Of a stretch of 64,000 nt of DNA, positions 57,950-64,000 are shown one piece after another. Below the pieces are notes generated by a model, which searched no databases, was not told the origin of the DNA, and was given only the letters and a program-made list of their open reading frames with translations. The stretch's first letter is position 1. Every line of letters begins with the position of its first letter. The position numbers were made by a program, and so were the translations under genes. This DNA is from Gemmatimonadales bacterium. GTDB lineage: Bacteria > Gemmatimonadota > Gemmatimonadetes > Gemmatimonadales > GWC2-71-9. Location of the stretch: positions 416,001 to 480,000 of the forward strand of contig JBBCJC010000002.1 of NCBI GenBank assembly GCA_037189525.1, read 5' to 3'.

Positions 57950-60670
57950 GTGCTCGCCGAACTGGAGCGCCGGCTCCGCGTCGCGGGTTTGCGCCTCCGG
58001 TCGATTTGGCGCGGCAAGCGGTACGATGGCGAACTCGACGACGAGCTGCACGAACACATCGAGCGACTCACCGAACAGTATCGTGAACGCGGCATCCCGT
58101 CCGCCGAGGCCAGGCGTCGCGCCCGGGCGGCGATGGGCGGGGTGACGCGGCAGCGGGAAGAAATGCGTGATGCCCGCGGCTTTCGGCCGCTGGCCGACCT
58201 GGGTCGTGATCTCCGCTACGCCTTCCGATCGCTGCGACGCACTCCCGGGTTCACGACGGTTGCCATCGGAACTCTGAGTGTCGGTATCGCCGCGGCGGCA
58301 ACCATCTTCAGCCTGGTCGATGCGGCGCTCTTCCGTCCTCCGCCGTTTTCCGGTGCCGATCGGCTCATGATCCTCAATGTGACGCAGCAGCCGGCGACCG
58401 GAGGACTCTGGCGGATGCGCTGGTCGTGGCCTCGGCTGCGTCTGCTCATGGAGGAGGCCAAGTCCTTCCAGGCCATCGCCTCGAGTTCCAACGTGGTCGT
58501 CACTCTGACCGGCGGCGACGAACCCGAACCGCTGGATCTGGAGATCGTCTCGTCCCGCTACTTCGACGTGATGGGCGCTCCGCTGGCGCGGGGGCGGGGC
58601 TTCAGCCGGACCGACGACGATCCCTCCTCCGCGGCGCCGATCGTCGTGCTGGGCCATCGCTACTGGCGCGATCGCCTCGAGAGCCGAGCCGACCTGATCG
58701 GCAGCACGGTGCAGCTCAACGGGATTGCGGTCGTGGTCGTCGGGGTTGCCGCGCCCGGATTTGCTGGTCTGTCCGGACAGGCGCATGCCTGGCTTCCGGT
58801 TGGCCTCGCGCCGCTCGTGTCGTATGCCGACTACCTCGACACCAATCAGAATTTCATTACGGCCATCGGACGGCTGCGTCCCGGCGTTCGATACGCCGAG
58901 GCTGATGCCGAGCTGGCGGTACTCGGTCGGCGGATCCATGAGCGGATTCCCAGTGAGGCCGACAGTCCGGACGATCGCTTTGCCGCCTCGGCGATGTCGC
59001 TCAATCAGGCGCGGGTCGACGGCGACACGGCGCGCGCACTGCTGTTGCTGGCCGGCGCGGCCGGAGTCCTCCTGCTGATTGCCTGCGCCAATGTCGCCAG
59101 CTTGTTGCTTGGACGTGCAGCAACCAGACGGCGCGAAATCGGAATTCGTCTTGCCATCGGAGCCGACCGGCGCCGTGTGGTCCGGCAGCTCCTCGCCGAG
59201 AGTGGTGTGCTCGCCGTGGCGGCGGGGGGACTGGGTCTCGGTTTGGCCGCGGGCGCCATGTCGGTGCTGCGTATCCCCGCCACGGCCGCGAGCTGGAGCA
59301 ATTCGTTCGGCGCCATCGGCGAGTTTGCGACGCCCGCACTCGATTGGCGGGTAGTGCTGTTCGGGATCATCGTCAGCGCAACTACCGTGTTCCTGGTCGG
59401 CCTGGTTCCGGCCTATCGCGCCACGCGTACCGATGTCGTCACCGACCTCACGCTTACGCCCCGTACCGGGTTTGCCGGCCGGCGGCTCGGCCTGCGGGAA
59501 GCGATGGTGGCGCTGCAGCTGGGCATGGCGATCGTGCTTCTGGTCGGCTGCGGACTCCTGCTGGCCAGTTACGCGCGTGTGAGGGATACGCCGGTAGGTT
59601 TCGATCCGGCTCGGCTGCTGACGTTCATGATCCGCCCCTCGGAAGTCCAGTATCCCCCCGAGGCGGCGGGGGCTTTGATCGATCGCGTCCTCGAGGAGGT
59701 CGGTCGTGTCCCCGGCGTCGAGGCGGCGTCGGTCGACGGCTGCGCTCCGCTCGCTTCGCAATGCGCCAGCGCGCTGCTGCGCATCGTGGGACAGGAAAAT
59801 GCCGCGAATCCGCCCGGCGTCTTCCGACACTATGTCGGTCCCGATCATTTCCGGACCCTCGGCATCCCGGTCGAAGAGGGACGAGCGTTGCTGCCGACCG
59901 ATCGTGCCGGAACGCCGCCCGTAGTCGTGATCAATCGAGCCGCCGCCGATCGGTTCTGGCCGGGGCGCAGTCCGATCGGCCAGCGGGTCTGGTTCGACGG
60001 AGCGGCATCGTATGGTCGGCCGGAGCTGAGCGCCGAAGTCGTGGGTGTGGTTGCCGACGTCGCGTACCGGCCCGTCGATCAGGGCCCGCCGCCACCCAGT
60101 TTCTTCACCCCGTATTCCCAATTCACCTACGCCCATCGCATGGTGCTGGTTCGCGCTGCGGGCGATCCGCGCGCGCTCGTTCCCGCCATTGGGCAAGCGG
60201 TGCGGCGCGCCGATCCCTCCCTGGCGCTGTTCGATGTGCGGACCATGGATGAGCGGGCCCGTTCTGCCTGGTCCAAGCGATCGTTCCAGACGATGGTGCT
60301 GGGCGCGGTGGCGTCGATTGCCCTGCTATTGTCGGTCGCGGGAGTGTACGCGGTTACGACCTACTTCGTTGCCAGCCGGCGTCGGGAGATCGGGATGCAT
60401 CTGGCGTTGGGGGCGTCCCGTGCGCAGGTAACGCGTGCATCGTTGGGGCAAACCATCAGACTTGGGGTGGCCGGCATCGGGCTCGGGTTGATTGGGGCCG
60501 TCATCGTGGCGCAACTGATGCGCGCCTGGCTCTATCAGACTCCGGTCTTCGACCCCTTGGTGTTCGGAGCCGTGGTATTGGTACTCCTGATCGCGCTCGT
60601 CGTGGCAACACTCGGCCCGGTGCGGCGTGCGCTGCGCGTGGACCCGATGGAGGTGCTGCGTTGCGACTGA
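57950..60670 (+). CDS. ADOP family duplicated ABC permease
   Basis: ELDDELHEH N-domain, LLIACANVASLLL, REIGIRLAIGA, PVRRALRVDP. Confidence 0.92.
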   Translation: MLAELERRLRVAGLRLRSIWRGKRYDGELDDELHEHIERLTEQYRERGIPSAEARRRARAAMGGVTRQREEMRDARGFRPLADLGRDLRYAFRSLRRTPGFTTVAIGTLSVGIAAAATIFSLVDAALFRPPPFSGADRLMILNVTQQPATGGLWRMRWSWPRLRLLMEEAKSFQAIASSSNVVVTLTGGDEPEPLDLEIVSSRYFDVMGAPLARGRGFSRTDDDPSSAAPIVVLGHRYWRDRLESRADLIGSTVQLNGIAVVVVGVAAPGFAGLSGQAHAWLPVGLAPLVSYADYLDTNQNFITAIGRLRPGVRYAEADAELAVLGRRIHERIPSEADSPDDRFAASAMSLNQARVDGDTARALLLLAGAAGVLLLIACANVASLLLGRAATRRREIGIRLAIGADRRRVVRQLLAESGVLAVAAGGLGLGLAAGAMSVLRIPATAASWSNSFGAIGEFATPALDWRVVLFGIIVSATTVFLVGLVPAYRATRTDVVTDLTLTPRTGFAGRRLGLREAMVALQLGMAIVLLVGCGLLLASYARVRDTPVGFDPARLLTFMIRPSEVQYPPEAAGALIDRVLEEVGRVPGVEAASVDGCAPLASQCASALLRIVGQENAANPPGVFRHYVGPDHFRTLGIPVEEGRALLPTDRAGTPPVVVINRAAADRFWPGRSPIGQRVWFDGAASYGRPELSAEVVGVVADVAYRPVDQGPPPPSFFTPYSQFTYAHRMVLVRAAGDPRALVPAIGQAVRRADPSLALFDVRTMDERARSAWSKRSFQTMVLGAVASIALLLSVAGVYAVTTYFVASRRREIGMHLALGASRAQVTRASLGQTIRLGVAGIGLGLIGAVIVAQLMRAWLYQTPVFDPLVFGAVVLVLLIALVVATLGPVRRALRVDPMEVLRCD

Positions 60671-61395
60671 GCATCCCGAATGATCTGCTCGATGCCGTCA
60701 GAGCTGATGATGACGGCTACGTTCGTGACCGGGTGCGTGCCGATTCCGCCCTCGTCCACGCAACCGATGACCATGCCAAGACGTTGTTGCACTGGGCGGC
60801 GGAGTTTGATCGAGCGGCGCTCGCAGCGGTTCTGCTCGATGCCGGAGCGGATCTGGAAGCCAGGACTTCCTGGGGCGCCACTCCGTTCGATTGGGCGGCG
60901 ACGATGGGTTCCGGCCATGTGGCCGACCTGCTGCTCGACCGCGGCGCGACCGGACTGTCGCTGGTGACGGCCGCGGCGTTAGGCAGGCTGGGGTATGTTC
61001 GCGAGGTCGTCGAAGGGGGCGCTGATCTGTCGATGCACCGCCGGCGTGGCGCACCCGATGGACCCACGAGTGAGTGGCCCGCCGACACGGCCTGGGCTCG
61101 GGGCGATGTGCTCTCGGATGCACTTCATGCCGCGACCCGGAACGGCCAGACGGCGGTCGTGGAATACCTCGCCGATCGCGGCGCCGACATCGATGCGACG
61201 GGCTTCTTCGGCGCGACGGGCCTGCATTGGGCCGCGATTCGCGGTCATCGCGACACGGTGGCGTTCCTGCTGGCTCGAGGCGCCGTCCTCGACCGCCGCG
61301 ATGCCCGATTTGGCGCGACGGCCGAAGGCTGGGCACGGGAAGGCGGACACGACGCGATCGCCGAGATACTCGGTAGCCACGGCACCCGAGAGTAG
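60661..61395 (+). CDS. Ankyrin repeat protein
   Basis: TLLHWAA, ATPFDWAA, ALHAATRNG, TGLHWAAIRGH; overlaps the ADOP stop; start uncertain. Confidence 0.85.
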   Translation: MRLSIPNDLLDAVRADDDGYVRDRVRADSALVHATDDHAKTLLHWAAEFDRAALAAVLLDAGADLEARTSWGATPFDWAATMGSGHVADLLLDRGATGLSLVTAAALGRLGYVREVVEGGADLSMHRRRGAPDGPTSEWPADTAWARGDVLSDALHAATRNGQTAVVEYLADRGADIDATGFFGATGLHWAAIRGHRDTVAFLLARGAVLDRRDARFGATAEGWAREGGHDAIAEILGSHGTRE

Positions 61396-61423
61396 CTTAG
61401 GCGCCCGTAGCTGGATCGCGTTC

Positions 61424-62350
61424 TCACCCCGGTCCGCTCGTCACCTCTTCGTAGGCTACCGTCAAAGCATCCCGAGGGTTCGCCGAGCCGAACGGCCCGA
61501 ACGCTTCGAACCCGGCCAGCGGCTCCCGCAGCGCGAGGACCTCGGTGCGTGACTTGCCGGCCTTGACCTGGGTGCGCACGAATTCGAGCAGCGCGGTGAG
61601 ATAGTTGCGGAACTGTCCCAACTCCGCCTGACTGCCGGTGACCGGCAGATCCGATCGGGCATGGCCGAAGATGTAGATCGTATCCGAGGCATGGTCCCCG
61701 GGTACCCGCTCGAGCATCGCGATCCAGTTGGCGATGCTCGCCCCGGCGCCGCGGTCGACGACCGGATGCCGGCCGTTGAAGAGCAGATCGCCCATGTGCG
61801 CCACGTTGGCGCGTTCGAACGTGATGACGGCGTCGCCGCTGGTGTGCGCGCGCCCGTAGTGGCGGGCGATGATGCGCTCGTCGCCCACGTCGGTGCGCCA
61901 GCTGTCACTGAACGTCGTGTCCGGAAACAGCGCTTCGGCTGGCACCTGCCCACCAGGCGGCTGGCGCATGTGCTCATCCGCTTTGGCGTGGGCAACCACG
62001 CGTTTGGCGGCGCCCTTGAAGGAAATGTTCCCGCCGCTGTGGTCGCCGTGATGATGGGTATTGATCAGGACGTCGATGGCCCGACCGTTCGACCGTTGAT
62101 TGAGCCCCTCGAGACACGCCTTGGCCTCGGCGGGAAACTGGCTGTCGACCACGGCCACGGCTGCCGGGTCGATCAGGTAGCCGATCGTGCCGCCCCGCAT
62201 CGTGAAATAGCCGACGTTCCGGCGGAGGGCTGTGAACACCGGTTGTGCCGGCGGCGGCTGTATCATCCGGGCAAACCCCGGCCGAGCGATGGCGCTCGCG
62301 GCGGCCGCCGCGGCGGAACTCGCCAGAAAATCGCGACGGGACATCGGCAT
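61424..62350 (-). CDS. MBL-fold metallohydrolase (cyclase-like) with Tat signal
   Basis: SRRDFL; NTHHHGDHSGGN, AHTSGD, HMGDL, FGH. Confidence 0.9.
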   Translation of the reverse strand: MPMSRRDFLASSAAAAAASAIARPGFARMIQPPPAQPVFTALRRNVGYFTMRGGTIGYLIDPAAVAVVDSQFPAEAKACLEGLNQRSNGRAIDVLINTHHHGDHSGGNISFKGAAKRVVAHAKADEHMRQPPGGQVPAEALFPDTTFSDSWRTDVGDERIIARHYGRAHTSGDAVITFERANVAHMGDLLFNGRHPVVDRGAGASIANWIAMLERVPGDHASDTIYIFGHARSDLPVTGSQAELGQFRNYLTALLEFVRTQVKAGKSRTEVLALREPLAGFEAFGPFGSANPRDALTVAYEEVTSGPG

Positions 62351-62631
62351 ACGGGCCTCCTGACACGTGGGACGTGGGCGAGCCGGCGTTACGGGGATTG
62401 GCAGGGCCGGTAGAGGAACGCTAGGGCGTGATTCTGTTGCGGGCAAGATGGGCCCAGGGGGCGCCTCCAGACGGTCTGGACCGGTTGCCGCCGATGCGGA
62501 CGCGTTGAATCCGGAGCCAGATCCTGTTCGTATGACGACAACACACCTGATCGGCTTCCCCGGTGGCGCGGCGACCAGCGAGAGCGATATCATCGCTACG
62601 CGGACCATGGGCGGATCGCGGAGGGCACTCG

Positions 62632-63393
62632 ATGGAGATACGGGTCGAACCGGCTGACCTCGTAGTGATCGGCGAGCTTCGGGATGCCTATCGACGTGAG
62701 ATGGCCTGCCAGATCATTCACGATTCGATCCACCAGCGGCACGGCTGGACCGTCGAGTACGCCATTTGGACCGGCGAAACCTTGGTCGGATACGGTTCCG
62801 TCGCGGTCGCCGGCCCGTGGGCGGATGACCCCGTTGTCTACGAGTACTACCTGACCCCCTCCGCGCGGATGGATGCGTTCCGTCTGTTCGAATGTTTCCT
62901 TCGGGCAGCACGGGTCCGCGCCATCGAGATGCAGAGCAACGATGTCCTAGGCACGGCCATGCTGTACGCCTTTGCCGAAGGAGTATTTTCCGAGTCGGTG
63001 CTGTTCGAGGACGGCATCACCACCAGTTGGGCGCCCGAGGGAGCGATATTCCGGCATCCCACAGCCGCTGAAGAGCCGGATTTGTCGGCGGATGTCCGAC
63101 GCTGGCGCGGCGTGGTCGAACTGGGTGGGGTCGTCGCGGCAACCGGAGGCGTGCTGTTCCACTACAATCCGCCGTACGGCGACGTCTACATGGACGTCGC
63201 CGAAGGATACCGACGGCTGGGGCTTGGGACGTTTCTGGTGCAGGAACTCAAGCGACTCTGCCATCAGAGCGGACGGATCCCTGGAGCGCGATGTCGAATC
63301 GCCAACGTCGCGTCGCGCGGCACGCTGCAGAAGGCGGGGTTTGTTCCCTGCGGCCACTTGCTGCGCGGCGTGATCCGGAATGGGCCGACCTGA
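62632..63393 (+). CDS. GNAT family N-acetyltransferase
   Basis: MDVAEGYRRLGLGT acetyl-CoA motif, NVASRGTLQKAGF. Confidence 0.85.
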   Translation: MEIRVEPADLVVIGELRDAYRREMACQIIHDSIHQRHGWTVEYAIWTGETLVGYGSVAVAGPWADDPVVYEYYLTPSARMDAFRLFECFLRAARVRAIEMQSNDVLGTAMLYAFAEGVFSESVLFEDGITTSWAPEGAIFRHPTAAEEPDLSADVRRWRGVVELGGVVAATGGVLFHYNPPYGDVYMDVAEGYRRLGLGTFLVQELKRLCHQSGRIPGARCRIANVASRGTLQKAGFVPCGHLLRGVIRNGPT

Positions 63394-63478
63394 TTCGCAA
63401 CGATTCCGTACGCGCGGGTGTCTCATTGACCGAACCGCCGGTCCGCCGTTTCGTCCCGACCATTTTGAGGAGTCATCC

Positions 63479-64000
63479 ATGAGTTCAGCGCTTGCCGCGC
63501 TCGTTCGCCGGTCTCTCGCTACCGTGCTGGTTGCCGTCGCAGCCGGGGTGGCGCCGCTATGTGCGCAGGAGGATGTCGCTGCCATCATCGCCCGGATCGA
63601 AGCAGCCCAGGTCCCCAATCGGCAGGGATTCGACGGGCTCACCATCGAGGAAATGATGACGCGGTTCCGGGTGCCGGGGATGAGCATTGCCGTCATCAAG
63701 GATTTCAAGGTGCACTGGGCCAAGGGGTACGGCGTGGCCGATATGGCGACCGGGCGGCGGGTCGACACCAATACGCCGTTCCAGGCCGCGTCGATCAGTA
63801 AGCCCGTGACGGCCATGGCGGTGGTCCGTTTGGCCCAGGACGGCAAGCTGTCGCTCGATCAGGACATCAACGCATTGCTGACGTCCTGGCGCGTGCCGGA
63901 GAGCGAATTCACCCGTGCGCAGCCCGTCACCCCGCGGTCGCTGCTCAGTCATACCTCGGGGGCCGACGACGGCTTCGGGTTCCCCGGCTACAAACCCGAT
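63479..64000 (+). CDS. Serine hydrolase, class C beta-lactamase family (runs off the right edge)
   Basis: Manual translation: GAGGAG RBS, signal peptide, VPGMSIAVI, FQAASISKPV (SxxK), LLSHTSG. Not in the ORF track. Confidence 0.9.
   Translation, partial: MSSALAALVRRSLATVLVAVAAGVAPLCAQEDVAAIIARIEAAQVPNRQGFDGLTIEEMMTRFRVPGMSIAVIKDFKVHWAKGYGVADMATGRRVDTNTPFQAASISKPVTAMAVVRLAQDGKLSLDQDINALLTSWRVPESEFTRAQPVTPRSLLSHTSGADDGFGFPGYKPD

Noticed and set aside
57554..60196. 880-aa minus-strand ORF (likewise 43530-45743, 50786-52813, 53250-54995, 8158-9867)
   Set aside because: Each lies antisense to a well-supported gene and has Arg/Gly-rich shadow composition.
61424..62350. MBL-fold protein and SxxK hydrolases as beta-lactam resistance genes
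   Set aside because: The folds are shared by many non-resistance hydrolases and nothing in the sequence supports antibiotic specificity.

Overview
High-GC bacterial chromosomal window, probably Gemmatimonadota (inferred from the PadR/ADOP permease pairs, TIGR02999-type ECF sigma factor, DUF5916, DUF305-LVIVD pair and many Pro-linker lipoproteins). It holds about 57 genes, mostly exported hydrolases (four SxxK serine hydrolases, two amidohydrolases, M1-like and M55 peptidases, CocE/NonD, MBL-fold), transporters (AmpG, a 4-gene ABC exporter, three ADOP permeases, an ABCB exporter) and orphan lipoproteins or barrels. I found no rRNA, tRNA, CRISPR, integrase or transposase. Highlights: an indoleamine 2,3-dioxygenase start at the left edge that the ORF track missed; a Burkholderia-like dgdR-dgdA cassette for dialkylglycine (Aib) catabolism; an HpsN-like orphan HisD paralog; a chromosomal macrolide phosphotransferase; a His/Cys-rich DUF305-LVIVD pair; a shared double-operator promoter upstream of both padR genes; a perfect 20-bp GntR-type palindrome; and three deletion scars (Ser/Thr kinase behind the ECF, HAD dehalogenase, SBP56-like propeller). 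All family calls come from motif recognition by eye, not database searches. No single novel system is demonstrated; the best candidates are ranked in findings.
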